Assembly (NCBI GenBank): GCA_036517255.1
Contig: DATDXE010000014.1
Coordinates: forward strand, 75,994 to 114,608
Source: Minisyncoccota bacterium
GTDB lineage: Bacteria; Patescibacteriota; Minisyncoccia; Phycocordibacterales; WO2-35-19
DNA: 38,615 nt
Reading direction: 5' to 3'
Positions 23,193 to 32,438 of this stretch are shown piece by piece. Numbering within the stretch: position 1 is the stretch's first letter; every line of letters begins with the position of its first letter. Both the position numbers and the translations under genes were made by a program. The notes below the pieces were generated by a model. That model did no database searches. It was not told the origin of the DNA and saw only the letters and a list, made by a program, of their open reading frames with translations.

Positions 23193-24239
23193 CTAAACTT
23201 CCTTCAACTTTTCTCTTATCTCTTTTAATATCCCATCAGAAAGTTTCTTGTCTTCTTTTAGGAGTTGGCGGGCGGCGTCGTAGCCACGGCCGATGGTAGT
23301 TTCGCCGTATTTGTAAGAGTTACCCGATTTTTGAATAAGGCCATATTTTTCTCCGAGAGCTAGTATTTCTCCTTCGGTAGAAATACCCTCGTTATACATT
23401 AAGTCGAACTCGGTTTGGCGGAAAGGTGCAGCTACTTTATTTTTCACCACCTTTACTCTGCACCTACCTCCCATCACTTCCTCGCCTTTTTTGATTTGGG
23501 CGATCCTTCTTATGTCTAACCTTACAGAGGTATAGAACTTGAGAGCTTTGCCTCCCGGAGTCGTCTCTGGGTTGCCGAACATCACTCCGATTTGCATTCT
23601 TATCTGGTTTATAAATATAACAATGGTTTTCGATTTCGAAGTAATGGCTGTCAGTTTGCGTAAGGCTTGCGACATCAGCCTAGCCTGCTTTCCCATGTGT
23701 TGCTGGCCCATCTCACCTTCGATTTCATCTTTTGGAGTAAGAGCCGCGACTGAGTCGATCACGATCACATCTATTTTTGCTGAACGCACCAAGGACTCGA
23801 CTATCTCGAGAGCCTGCTCTCCAGTATCAGGTTGTGATACAAGTAGGTCGTCTATCTTTACACCTATTCTTTTGGCATATTCTGGGTCGAGGGCATGTTC
23901 TGCATCGATGAAGGCGCAGATACCTCCCTGTTTTTGAGCTTCAGCTATTACATGGAGAGATAGAGTAGTTTTCCCTGATGATTCAGGTCCAAATATTTCA
24001 ACTATCCTACCACGTGGTAAACCTCCTACACCGAGGGCGGCGTCGAGGCCGATCGAACCAGTAGGCACTACTCCTACATCTACTTTTGGTGCTTCGCCCA
24101 GTTTCATCATCGCCTCATCTCCAAATTTATTTTTTATTTCACGCAGGGCATCGTCGATTTTTGTCGATCTTGAACTTGTAGAGTCTGTTTTCTCTACTTT
24201 CTTTTCTGTCTTTTCTGATGTTTCTTTTTTTCTTAACAT
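23193..24239 (-). CDS. recA: Recombinase RecA
   Basis: [16 protein letters not shown] (Walker A), [38 protein letters not shown] and the L1/L2 loop regions are present. Confidence 0.97.
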   Translation of the reverse strand: MLRKKETSEKTEKKVEKTDSTSSRSTKIDDALREIKNKFGDEAMMKLGEAPKVDVGVVPTGSIGLDAALGVGGLPRGRIVEIFGPESSGKTTLSLHVIAEAQKQGGICAFIDAEHALDPEYAKRIGVKIDDLLVSQPDTGEQALEIVESLVRSAKIDVIVIDSVAALTPKDEIEGEMGQQHMGKQARLMSQALRKLTAITSKSKTIVIFINQIRMQIGVMFGNPETTPGGKALKFYTSVRLDIRRIAQIKKGEEVMGGRCRVKVVKNKVAAPFRQTEFDLMYNEGISTEGEILALGEKYGLIQKSGNSYKYGETTIGRGYDAARQLLKEDKKLSDGILKEIREKLKEV

Positions 24240-24255
24240 ATTATTTTTGTTAGGA

Positions 24256-24651
24256 TTATTCTAATTCTGTTTCTGTGCTTGTGCTCACTTTATCGTTATT
24301 TTCTATCCACTCAGGAAAAGGCCCATTATAATAAAATTCTATCTTCTTTGATACACTTTCTCCAAACCGATCTTTCACTTCTAGTACCAGTACATTATAT
24401 CCCGGATAAGCCAAAATCTCTTCTGAAAAAATACCCTCTTCGTTGCTAAATATAGGGTAGTCATTCAGGGTTATAAAGGAGGCGTTATCTACGATTCCGG
24501 CTACTTTTATTGGGTTTTGGTTCAGTGTGGCTCCAGAAGAAGGCTCTATTATTTCGATGGTGGGTCCTGTCAAAAGGTTTCTGCCGCTCCACAGGCCATA
24601 AATGCCGATTATGATCAAAACTAGGACTCCTATTTTAGTTTTGTTTTTCAT
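24256..24651 (-). CDS. Membrane-anchored small hypothetical protein (Ig-like beta domain)
   Basis: The N-terminal TM segment is [15 protein letters not shown], followed by a beta-rich ectodomain. It overlaps the ftsK stop by 17 nt. Confidence 0.5.
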   Translation of the reverse strand: MKNKTKIGVLVLIIIGIYGLWSGRNLLTGPTIEIIEPSSGATLNQNPIKVAGIVDNASFITLNDYPIFSNEEGIFSEEILAYPGYNVLVLEVKDRFGESVSKKIEFYYNGPFPEWIENNDKVSTSTETELE

Positions 24652-26830
24652 TTGCGGTTTCTTCGGTAGGGAATTCAGTATTTTCTGGCAGGGTACCCTC
24701 AGGCTTTATTAGTACATCTCTTGGCTTGGCTCCTTCTCCCGGACCTATTACTCCTCTTTCTTCCAGTATATCCATTAGTCTTGCTGCACGAGCATAACCG
24801 ACTCGTAATTTTCTTTGTAGATATGAAGTCGAAGCTTTACCCGCTTGGATCACTATTTCTTTAGCTTCACTATATAAATCATCCTCATCATCTCCGTCAG
24901 CGTCACTACCTATAGTAGAGGAAAAAACTGCATCAGCTTTTTTGGCCGCTTCCATATCGATCTCTCCCGGTAATTCATCTTCATATTGTTTTGCTAGGTA
25001 TTCCACTACATTTTTTACTTCCGTTTCTGAAATGTAAGGCGACTGTAAGCGGATAGGTTTCGACATCTCGCCTGAAAGGTAAAGCATATCTCCCGCTCCC
25101 AAGAGTTTCTCTGCTCCCGCCGCGTCGAGGATGGTGCGAGAGTCTATCTGTGAAGCCACCTGCAAGGCAATTCTGGATGGGATATTGGCTTTGATCAATC
25201 CGGTGATTACGTTGACGCTCGGTCTCTGAGTCGAAAGTATGAGGTGGATGCCGACGGCCCTACTCATCTGAGCCAGGCGTACGATAGCCGATTCCAGTTC
25301 TCTCGGGTAAGCCTGCATGATATCAGCAAGCTCGTCGATTATTACCACAATATAAGGCATAGTTTCTCCTCCTTCTATATTTTTATGGTATGAAGCGATG
25401 TCGCGCACCTTACTTTTCTCTAATATGTCATAACGTCGATCCATTTCTTTGGCTGCCCATTTCAGAGCCATGATAGCTTTCTTTGCGTCAGTTATTACCG
25501 GTGTAAGAAGGTGGGGGATTTTGTTATACAGAGTGAGCTCCACTCTTTTAGGATCGATCATTATAAATTTCAAATTGTCTGGAGTGTTTCTAAACAAGAG
25601 TGAATTGATGAGTACGTGTATGGTGACCGATTTTCCAGAACCAGTTGCTCCTGCGATAAGGAGGTGGGGCATTTTGGCTGTATTATCGAAATAACCGAGG
25701 CCGGAAATGCTTTTACCTAGAGCGATGAGTAAAGGTTTTTCCGAGTCCTGATAAGTTGGTTCCGAAAGTAGTGAACCTAGGCCTACTGTCGTTTTTGCGC
25801 TGTTTGGTATTTCTATACCGACAAGTGACTTACCTGGTATCGGGGCCTCTATCCTGACTGGGTGAGCAGCTAGAGCAAGCTCTAAATTATTTTGCAGCCC
25901 AAGTATTTTTGAGAGCTTCACTCCCTCAGCCGGTTTCAAGGTATAACGAGTGACTGATGGACCGATCGATATTTCGTCCATCTCAACTACGATACCGAAG
26001 TTCTGTAGAGTCCTCTTTATGATGTTGGCATTGGCTTTGATGTCCCCGACTCCTGGTTTGCCCCTGTCTTTTTCTAGGAGTGAAAGAGGTGGAGGACTGA
26101 AAGCTCCCTTTGAATATGTCTTAGAGTTCAGTCCAAGCTCACCAAATTCTTTGTCTCCCACTGTCTTCATAGGTTGGAGTGGTTTTTCTAGCTTCATGTC
26201 TGATTGGGCCTTATCGTCAGGTCGTATGGCGGCAAGTGATTCTTTCGATAATTTAAGTGGTTCGTCTTTATCTTTAGATGCCCCCTCTTCAGCATTCTTT
26301 TTCTTAAATAAGAATGAAAATATTTCTGATAGGCTAAATGCAAAATCGAGCATGGCTATAAGCGAAGCTACCGATATGGCTACGAGTATTATAGATGTGG
26401 CATATATGTCAAAAAGTTTTAAGAGTGGGGTAGAAAATAAGTTACCTACGACCCCTCCTTTTCCTGAAAGGCCTAAATTTATAAGAGAGAGCGATGAAAT
26501 AAAGAAAACTACCGCGGCTATTATCTGAGTCTTGCCTATGGGTTTTACTCTAGCTTTGGCATAAGCTCCTCCTTGGATCAAGAACAAAATTGGCAAAAGG
26601 AAATAACCTACTCCGAATAGGTAGTCGAATAAGGAAAAGACTCTGTCGCCAACGAATCCAGCTTTATGAATGGAGGCCAGTATAAAGAATAAGGTTAGGG
26701 TAAAGAAACATATGGCTATCATCCAACCGGTAGTTTCTTCTCGTAGGTTGACCTTAGAAACAATTCCATCTTCAACCTTTTCTTTCTTATTTCTACCCAT
26801 AGATGAATATAATATCACAGGAGTGTTCAC
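24635..26830 (-). CDS. ftsK: DNA translocase FtsK/SpoIIIE
   Basis: N-terminal TM helices are present. LLIAGATGSGKSV is Walker A and YIVVIIDELADI is Walker B. The C-terminal gamma wHTH reads STSYLQRKLRVGYARAARLMDILEERGVIGP. The start could instead be the internal Met at 26800. Confidence 0.93.
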   Translation of the reverse strand: MNTPVILYSSMGRNKKEKVEDGIVSKVNLREETTGWMIAICFFTLTLFFILASIHKAGFVGDRVFSLFDYLFGVGYFLLPILFLIQGGAYAKARVKPIGKTQIIAAVVFFISSLSLINLGLSGKGGVVGNLFSTPLLKLFDIYATSIILVAISVASLIAMLDFAFSLSEIFSFLFKKKNAEEGASKDKDEPLKLSKESLAAIRPDDKAQSDMKLEKPLQPMKTVGDKEFGELGLNSKTYSKGAFSPPPLSLLEKDRGKPGVGDIKANANIIKRTLQNFGIVVEMDEISIGPSVTRYTLKPAEGVKLSKILGLQNNLELALAAHPVRIEAPIPGKSLVGIEIPNSAKTTVGLGSLLSEPTYQDSEKPLLIALGKSISGLGYFDNTAKMPHLLIAGATGSGKSVTIHVLINSLLFRNTPDNLKFIMIDPKRVELTLYNKIPHLLTPVITDAKKAIMALKWAAKEMDRRYDILEKSKVRDIASYHKNIEGGETMPYIVVIIDELADIMQAYPRELESAIVRLAQMSRAVGIHLILSTQRPSVNVITGLIKANIPSRIALQVASQIDSRTILDAAGAEKLLGAGDMLYLSGEMSKPIRLQSPYISETEVKNVVEYLAKQYEDELPGEIDMEAAKKADAVFSSTIGSDADGDDEDDLYSEAKEIVIQAGKASTSYLQRKLRVGYARAARLMDILEERGVIGPGEGAKPRDVLIKPEGTLPENTEFPTEETANEKQN

Positions 26831-26953
26831 AAACTGCTTGCACTAAGGGCCGACCTGTATTATTGTCCTTTATGAGGGTTTTTAGGGACACTTGATTTTT
26901 AAAAGACAATATGATACAATATAAAAGACAGTTTACAATAAATATAAAATACG

Positions 26954-27610
26954 ATGTCTTTTATTAATGAGCTTTACATACACAACAGATCGGAAAAACT
27001 AGTAACGGCTATTTTTCTTGTACTCAAATTTATACCAGATTCAAATAAGTTAAAGCCTAAAATTGAAGATTTAGCCTTAGAATTAGTATCCAGCACTGCC
27101 TCTTTAAAGGACAATTTTTCTTATGAAAAATCTAAGGTTCTTTCTGTTATTGAGACAATATTGCTGCAACTTTCTTCTTTGATAAACATCTCTTCAGTAT
27201 CAGGTTTTGTCTCAGAGATGAACGCTTCAGTCTTAAAAACTGAATTTGACTCCCTGATTAAGACTGTAAACCAGTCGGTTAAAGATAATGATCTCAATAC
27301 TAGAATAGGTAATAATTTCTTTGAAAATAAAGAAGTAAATACTCTAAATCAAGTAAATCAAAAATATGCCTTGAATGTTCCAATAGAAAAGTCAGTAATA
27401 ATAAAAGACAAAAATACTAGAAGCGAAGCTAGGGAAAAAGCCATCATTGATACAGTTAGAGAAAGAGGTGAGATCAGTATAAAGGACATAGCTAAGAATA
27501 TCAGAGGTTGTAGTGAAAAAACAATACAGAGGAATCTGATTTCGCTTATAGAAAGTGGCGTTTTGAAAAGGACAGGCGAAAGAAGGTGGAGTAAGTATTC
27601 TATTGCATAA
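26954..27610 (+). CDS. Putative transcriptional regulator with a C-terminal DeoR-like winged helix
   Basis: The C-terminus reads ISIKDIAKNIRGCSEKTIQRNLISLIESGVLKRTGERRWSKYSI. Confidence 0.55.
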   Translation: MSFINELYIHNRSEKLVTAIFLVLKFIPDSNKLKPKIEDLALELVSSTASLKDNFSYEKSKVLSVIETILLQLSSLINISSVSGFVSEMNASVLKTEFDSLIKTVNQSVKDNDLNTRIGNNFFENKEVNTLNQVNQKYALNVPIEKSVIIKDKNTRSEAREKAIIDTVRERGEISIKDIAKNIRGCSEKTIQRNLISLIESGVLKRTGERRWSKYSIA

Positions 27611-27633
27611 GTAGTGAACTCCTAACCTTTAAA

Positions 27634-27662
27634 TTGACTATTTGCCTCAAAAATGCAATGAT
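27634..27662 (+). promoter_or_regulatory. Possible promoter far upstream of the surface protein gene
   Basis: TTGACT (27634-27639), a 17-nt spacer ending in TGC, then AATGAT (27657-27662). It would give a ~235-nt leader. Confidence 0.3.
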
Positions 27663-27804
27663 AGTAGCAATTACCTTTATTGGTACTTGAAGTTTCGTAG
27701 CCGTTATCCACAATGGTTTTTGCGATAACTTGTATCAATAAGGTATTATTTTACAGTCGAAACGGCTTTCTTGGCTTTTAATTTTTAATTAAAGTCAGGA
27801 AACC

Positions 27805-27834
27805 GAATTATAAAATGCAGAATTATAAAATGTA
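27805..27834 (+). repeat. Tandem 15-nt direct repeat upstream of the surface protein gene
   Basis: gaattataaaatgca is followed by gaattataaaatgta (14/15 identical). Confidence 0.8.
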
Positions 27835-27902
27835 GATTAAATTTTTTTATCTCACCAAACTTATTAAAATAAAAAGGTGATTTAAAAAATTCAAAAATTA
27901 GA

Positions 27903-29888
27903 ATGATATCAAAATCAAAAACCGCAAGAGTTGTCGCTGGGTTTGTAGGTATCGCTATGGCTTTGTCTTTTGCTGTTCCAGCAGGAGCACAGTCTGTAGC
28001 TGAACTTCAAGCTTTAGTAAACAGCCTTCTTGCACAAATAAATGCTCTTCAGGTACAGATTTCCGCTCAAGGTGGATCTATGGGAGGAGCATCATTTACT
28101 AGCGATCTTACTATCGGTTCAAAAGGAGCTGATGTAACTGCTCTTCAGACTTGGCTTGTAGCTAAAGGTTACTTGTCTATGCCTGCTGGTGTAGCTATGG
28201 GTTACTTCGGTGCTCTTACACAGTCAGCTGTTGCTAAGTTCCAAGCTGAAAACGGAATTTCTCCAGCAGCTGGATATTTTGGTCCTATCACTAGGGCTAA
28301 AGTAAACGGTATGGCTGGTACTGGAACAGGTACTGGTACTGGTACCGGAACTGGTACTGGAACAGGGATATCTACTCCTGGAGTAGAAGGAACAATCAGT
28401 GCTTCTTCAAACAGCGCTGGTCTAGCTTCGACTGCTTACGAGGGTGATAGCATGGCTCCTATCTTGGGTATCAAGGTAGAGGCTAAGAATTCAGACGTTG
28501 CTGTTCAAAGAATCAAGTTAAGAATGGATGAAACAACCAACGGTACTGACACCATGTTCTACAACAAGATATACAAGAAATTGTATGTAACTGATGGTAC
28601 AAATGTACTCGCTTCTGTTGACCTTAACTCTGGAACAGTTGTTAAGGACGGTAGCAACTACTACATCACTATCGCTGGTTTCAATCTTGTGATTCCTAAG
28701 AACAGCTCAAAGACTTTGGTCATAAAGGCTGATCTTCACTCATCGATTGACTCTGCTGATTACAGCAACGAAGTTTATCAACTCGGTCTTGCTGCAAACG
28801 GTATAAGAGGCGTTGATGGTGCTGGTATCGATCAATATGCTGGAGGTACTACTGATAACGGTATAGCTAGGACTACTACTATTGCTGCTACTCTAGTTGA
28901 CTCTGCATCTATCATCGTTACATTGAATACATCTTCACCTAGAGTGCAGGATGTTATCTGTGCCGGTGCTGCTACTGAAAACGAGTGTGATAAGCTCACT
29001 CTCCTTACCTTCGATGTGAAGGCTGAGAAGGATGCTGTTACATTGACTGATATAAACATCGCTATCGCTAAGACTGTTACTGGTGCTGCAGCTGCGAGTG
29101 CATCTTCTACTGTTTACCTTTTCGAAGGTTCTACAGAGCTTGATAATGCTACTCTTTCTGCAAACACTGCAGTATTCGGCGATTTCGATTACGTAGTTCC
29201 AAAGGATACAACCAAGACTTTCACAGTTAAGGCTGATATCCGAAGTGCTACTGCTGCTCGCGCAAGCTTCGTAGCATCAGCATCTTCAACTGGAATTACA
29301 GCTGAAAACTCTGTAGGAGACTCAGTCTCTACAAAGAGTGGTACAGCTACTGGTTATTCGATCGGTGTAAGAGATGTTGGTCCTGAGATCACATTGGTCT
29401 CGAAGAGTATCGTAGCTCAAGGTGCGCCTCAAGCTAACGGAGCTACCACAAACGTTTCAACCTCTACTCTCACAGCTACATTTAACGTAAAAGTTAAAGC
29501 TGTCGGAGGTGCGATTGAATTCGGTACCAACCAATCTACTACTAGTCCATTCGTGTCTAGTACTACTGGATTCGGTATTTACAGGAACGGTGCGGTTGTG
29601 ACAGACGTAGGTAGTAACTCTACATCTACTTCTATCACTATCCCTACGACCTGTTCTACTTCTGGATTTACCAACAGCTGTTCACTCGCTGAAGGTGCAG
29701 AAGTTACAGTACCTCTATCCTTCCAGTTCCAAGGCAGAACACTTCTTGGAGGTATCCTTACTAGCGGACTCTACTCGATTGATATTGCTCGTATCAACTG
29801 GATCAACCCAGCTGATGGCGTAAGCACTAACTCGACTTGGATGTCTGGTGAAGTTGACTGGAGAACTTCTGATGTAAGCTTCCCTTAA
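27903..29888 (+). CDS. Secreted cell-surface (S-layer-like) protein with a peptidoglycan-binding domain
   Basis: A signal peptide is present (VAGFVGIAMALSFAVPAGAQS). A coiled-coil segment follows. The PG_binding_1-like block reads GADVTALQTWLVAKGYL...YFGALTQSAVAKFQAENGI. A (GT)8 linker precedes a long T/S/A/V-rich beta region. Confidence 0.65.
   Translation: MISKSKTARVVAGFVGIAMALSFAVPAGAQSVAELQALVNSLLAQINALQVQISAQGGSMGGASFTSDLTIGSKGADVTALQTWLVAKGYLSMPAGVAMGYFGALTQSAVAKFQAENGISPAAGYFGPITRAKVNGMAGTGTGTGTGTGTGTGTGISTPGVEGTISASSNSAGLASTAYEGDSMAPILGIKVEAKNSDVAVQRIKLRMDETTNGTDTMFYNKIYKKLYVTDGTNVLASVDLNSGTVVKDGSNYYITIAGFNLVIPKNSSKTLVIKADLHSSIDSADYSNEVYQLGLAANGIRGVDGAGIDQYAGGTTDNGIARTTTIAATLVDSASIIVTLNTSSPRVQDVICAGAATENECDKLTLLTFDVKAEKDAVTLTDINIAIAKTVTGAAAASASSTVYLFEGSTELDNATLSANTAVFGDFDYVVPKDTTKTFTVKADIRSATAARASFVASASSTGITAENSVGDSVSTKSGTATGYSIGVRDVGPEITLVSKSIVAQGAPQANGATTNVSTSTLTATFNVKVKAVGGAIEFGTNQSTTSPFVSSTTGFGIYRNGAVVTDVGSNSTSTSITIPTTCSTSGFTNSCSLAEGAEVTVPLSFQFQGRTLLGGILTSGLYSIDIARINWINPADGVSTNSTWMSGEVDWRTSDVSFP
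28317..28364 (+). repeat. Imperfect hexanucleotide repeat encoding (Gly-Thr)8
   Basis: ggtact gga aca ggtact ggtact ggtacc ggaact ggtact ggaaca. Confidence 0.85.
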
Positions 29889-29927
29889 TCGGGTCTCTTA
29901 CTTCGCTTTCTCCTAGCTTCTGCTAGG

Positions 29928-29957
29928 GCAAAACCCCACCGTAAGGTGGGGTTTTGC
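29928..29957 (+). terminator. Rho-independent terminator
   Basis: A perfect 13-bp stem pairs gcaaaaccccacc with ggtggggttttgc. The loop is GTAA and TTT follows. Confidence 0.8.
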
Positions 29958-29993
29958 TTTGTGTCTATTTTTAACTTTGTATATAATTTACGT

Positions 29994-31331
29994 ATGAGAT
30001 TCTTTAATAAAACTTTCTTCAAGTTTACTTTAGGTTTTCTCTCCATTGTTTCTCTTAGTCTTCTTCTTTTGCTTGCTGTTTCCGTCTATGCCGCCGAAGT
30101 TTCAAAAATATCTTTTATTACAGAAGAAGTTTCTGTTAAGCCGAATGAAATTTCAGAAGCCATAACCATCCAAAGCCAGGACTCTTCAGGTGCTTCTTTG
30201 CAAACTCCAGAAACTATTGATCTGGAATTTCTTTCCACATCAAGTACTGGAGAATTTTTAAATTCTGCAGGCAATCCTGTGAGCAAAACCATGAGTAAAA
30301 ATACTGCTAACAGGACTTTTTATTATAAGGACTCTAACATAGGCACTCATACTTTATCGGTCAAAGCTGTCGGTAGGGATTCGCAGAGAGAGTGGAACAC
30401 TAGTCAAAAAATAACAGTTTCCTCTGGTGCCTCTACTCCTTCTGCGAATCAAAATCAAACTCAAAACCAAAACAACTCAAATTCCTCTGGTGAGGTTTTA
30501 GGTGAAGATTCTGAAGAGGATGGTTCAAGTCTGTCCTCTACTGGAGGACCTTCTTCTCCTCAATATGGTTCACAGGCTTCATCTCTCGAAGTTCTAGCTG
30601 GGCGTGACAGAGTCACTGCTCCAGGTAGTCCTCTCATGTTTCAGGCTTACGTGAAGAAAAATGTTAACTCAAACTCTTCTCTCGAATTCGACTGGTCGTT
30701 TGGCGATGGTAATGTCGGTCGTGGGGCTATGGTCTACCATACATATATCCATCCAGGGGATTATGCAGTTGTCCTAAATGTTAATTCAGGAAGTAATTTT
30801 TCTACTAGCAGATTGAAAGTGAAAGTAGTTTCTCCTAGGATGTCAGTCTCAGCCAAAGAAGGTTATGTAGAAGTTTCTAATGAAGGCAATACTGAAATCA
30901 ATTTGTTTAACTGGAGGCTAGAGAGCGATGGCAGGGGGTTCATTTTCCAGCCTGATACGATTATTTTGCCTCATTCCTCAGTCCGTTTTGAAAATTCTTT
31001 ATTGGGTATGAAATGGGCCGAGAGTGAGGGTACTGCCCTCCGGGATTCTTTCAATAGAGTATTGACTAGTGAGCCGGGCCTCTCTGCGCAGGTTGATAGG
31101 GATAAGGGTAACGATTTCCTACTAGAACTTGGATTAATCCGCAATCAGGCTATTTCTTTGAGAGATAAACTTTTAGCTCTATCGTTACCTACTCCTATTA
31201 CTGTGACCGATATTGCAGAAGAAATTCCTCAGGCTGAAGCCGCCGCTACGGTCCTTTATGAATCTGAATCCGATGAAAGGGAATCTGGCAAAGGATTGAC
31301 AAATTTTATAAAAAGTATATTCTCTGACTAA
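29994..31331 (+). CDS. Secreted or anchored protein with a PKD domain and a lamin-tail-like (LTD) domain
   Basis: The N-terminal signal/anchor is FLSIVSLSLLLLLAVSVYAAE. The PKD signature is FDWSFGDGNVGRGAMVYHTYIHPGDYAVVLNV. The LTD-like block is YVEVSNEGNTEINLFNWRLESDGRGFIFQPDTIILPHSSVRF. Confidence 0.6.
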   Translation: MRFFNKTFFKFTLGFLSIVSLSLLLLLAVSVYAAEVSKISFITEEVSVKPNEISEAITIQSQDSSGASLQTPETIDLEFLSTSSTGEFLNSAGNPVSKTMSKNTANRTFYYKDSNIGTHTLSVKAVGRDSQREWNTSQKITVSSGASTPSANQNQTQNQNNSNSSGEVLGEDSEEDGSSLSSTGGPSSPQYGSQASSLEVLAGRDRVTAPGSPLMFQAYVKKNVNSNSSLEFDWSFGDGNVGRGAMVYHTYIHPGDYAVVLNVNSGSNFSTSRLKVKVVSPRMSVSAKEGYVEVSNEGNTEINLFNWRLESDGRGFIFQPDTIILPHSSVRFENSLLGMKWAESEGTALRDSFNRVLTSEPGLSAQVDRDKGNDFLLELGLIRNQAISLRDKLLALSLPTPITVTDIAEEIPQAEAAATVLYESESDERESGKGLTNFIKSIFSD

Positions 31332-31352
31332 AGCTTCGAAGACCACTGGTTT

Positions 31353-31374
31353 ATCCTGAGCGTAAGCGAAGGGC
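31353..31374 (+). repeat. Family C intergenic motif, copy C1
   Basis: The sequence is atcctgagcgtaagcgaagggc. Confidence 0.6.
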
Positions 31375-31519
31375 TGTAAAATTTCCGGTGCAGTAGCAAA
31401 ACTATTTTTGCTTTTCTCGAGCTTGGTCGGTTCTAAGAATTTTCAGACTTTCTGTTTGAAAATTAAAAATTAAAAACCAGCCCGACGAAGTCATTCTGGC
31501 GGGTTGTAAACTAAAAATC

Positions 31520-32008
31520 GTGCCAATAAATAAAGAAAAAAAGAAGGAGATAGTTTCTGATCTTAAGAAAGCGATGGGTGACGCTAAGTCTATGGTGTTC
31601 GTGAATTTCCACGGTCTTTCTGTAGCTGATTCTAGTGTCATGAGGAAGGCTCTTAGAAAAGAAGATGTAAATTTTTCTGTCGCTAAGAAAACTTTGATCA
31701 AGATAGCTCTGGATGAAGTTGCCCCAGAAGGTGAGAGGCCGGAGTTCAAGGGTGAGCTTGCTCTCGCTTGGAGCGACGACCTGCTCGCTCCCGCAAGAGG
31801 CGTTTATGAATTCCAAAAGAAATTCGACGGTAAAATATCTATTCTTGGAGGAGTCTTTGAGAAGAAATATATGTCGGCTATCGAGATGCTAGGCATCGCT
31901 TCCATTCCTCCTCTTGATGCCCTGAGAGGGATGTTTGTAAATATTGTAAATTCACCGATACAGAGATTTGCAATAGCATTGGGTCAGATAGCAGAGAAGA
32001 AGAATTAA
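31520..32008 (+). CDS. rplJ: 50S ribosomal protein L10
   Basis: The start is [55 protein letters not shown] is the L10 pattern, and rplL follows. Confidence 0.9.
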   Translation: MPINKEKKKEIVSDLKKAMGDAKSMVFVNFHGLSVADSSVMRKALRKEDVNFSVAKKTLIKIALDEVAPEGERPEFKGELALAWSDDLLAPARGVYEFQKKFDGKISILGGVFEKKYMSAIEMLGIASIPPLDALRGMFVNIVNSPIQRFAIALGQIAEKKN

Positions 32009-32030
32009 AAGAAAAATTAATCTTAAAATT

Positions 32031-32438
32031 ATGTCAGAAGAAACAACAGAGATAAAAACAGAAGTAGTAGTGCCGGAAAAATTCAAAAAAATTGTAGAAG
32101 AAGTGGAAAAGATGTCTGTTCTTGATTTGAACGAACTTGTGAAAGTTTTTGAAGCTAAGTTTGGTGTTAGTGCGACTGCTGTTGCCGCCGCTGGTCCTGC
32201 CGCCGCTGGTCCTGCCGCTGAAGAGAAATCGACTTTCACTGTCGAGCTTGCCGATGGTGGTGCACAAAAGATTGCTGTTATCAAAGTAGTGAAGGAGCTT
32301 CTTGCTCTCGGCCTGAAGGATGCGAAGGATAAGGTTGATGGCGCTCCAATAGTACTTGTCGAAGGTATGAAAAAGGAGGAAGCCGAAGCCCTCAAGAAAG
32401 CGGTAGAGACGGCTGGAGGTAAAGTAAATTTGAAGTAA
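32031..32438 (+). CDS. rplL: 50S ribosomal protein L7/L12
   Basis: An N-terminal dimerisation helix and an Ala/Pro hinge are present. The C-terminal domain reads [52 protein letters not shown]. Confidence 0.95.
   Translation: MSEETTEIKTEVVVPEKFKKIVEEVEKMSVLDLNELVKVFEAKFGVSATAVAAAGPAAAGPAAEEKSTFTVELADGGAQKIAVIKVVKELLALGLKDAKDKVDGAPIVLVEGMKKEEAEALKKAVETAGGKVNLK
32184..32213 (+). repeat. Perfect 15-nt tandem duplication in the L7/L12 hinge (AAAGP x2)
   Basis: gccgccgctggtcct occurs twice in tandem. Confidence 0.85.

Noticed and set aside
25950-26528. A 192-aa plus-strand ORF inside ftsK.
   Set aside because: It is antisense to a well-supported FtsK gene and has no motif of its own.
27704-27712. 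A perfect DnaA box, TTATCCACA, plus two TATCCACA 8-mers at 34554-34561 and 35385-35392, as a possible replication origin.
   Set aside because: No dnaA or dnaN gene is nearby. The boxes are kilobases apart rather than clustered with an AT-rich unwinding element. One perfect 9-mer and a few 8-mers in ~77 kb of two-strand sequence is close to chance expectation.
28317-28364. Short periodic repeats, considered together with the other palindromic repeats as a possible CRISPR array.
   Set aside because: The repeats are 6-nt coding repeats or dispersed single hairpins. There is no array of 25-40-nt repeats with unique spacers of similar size and no cas gene.
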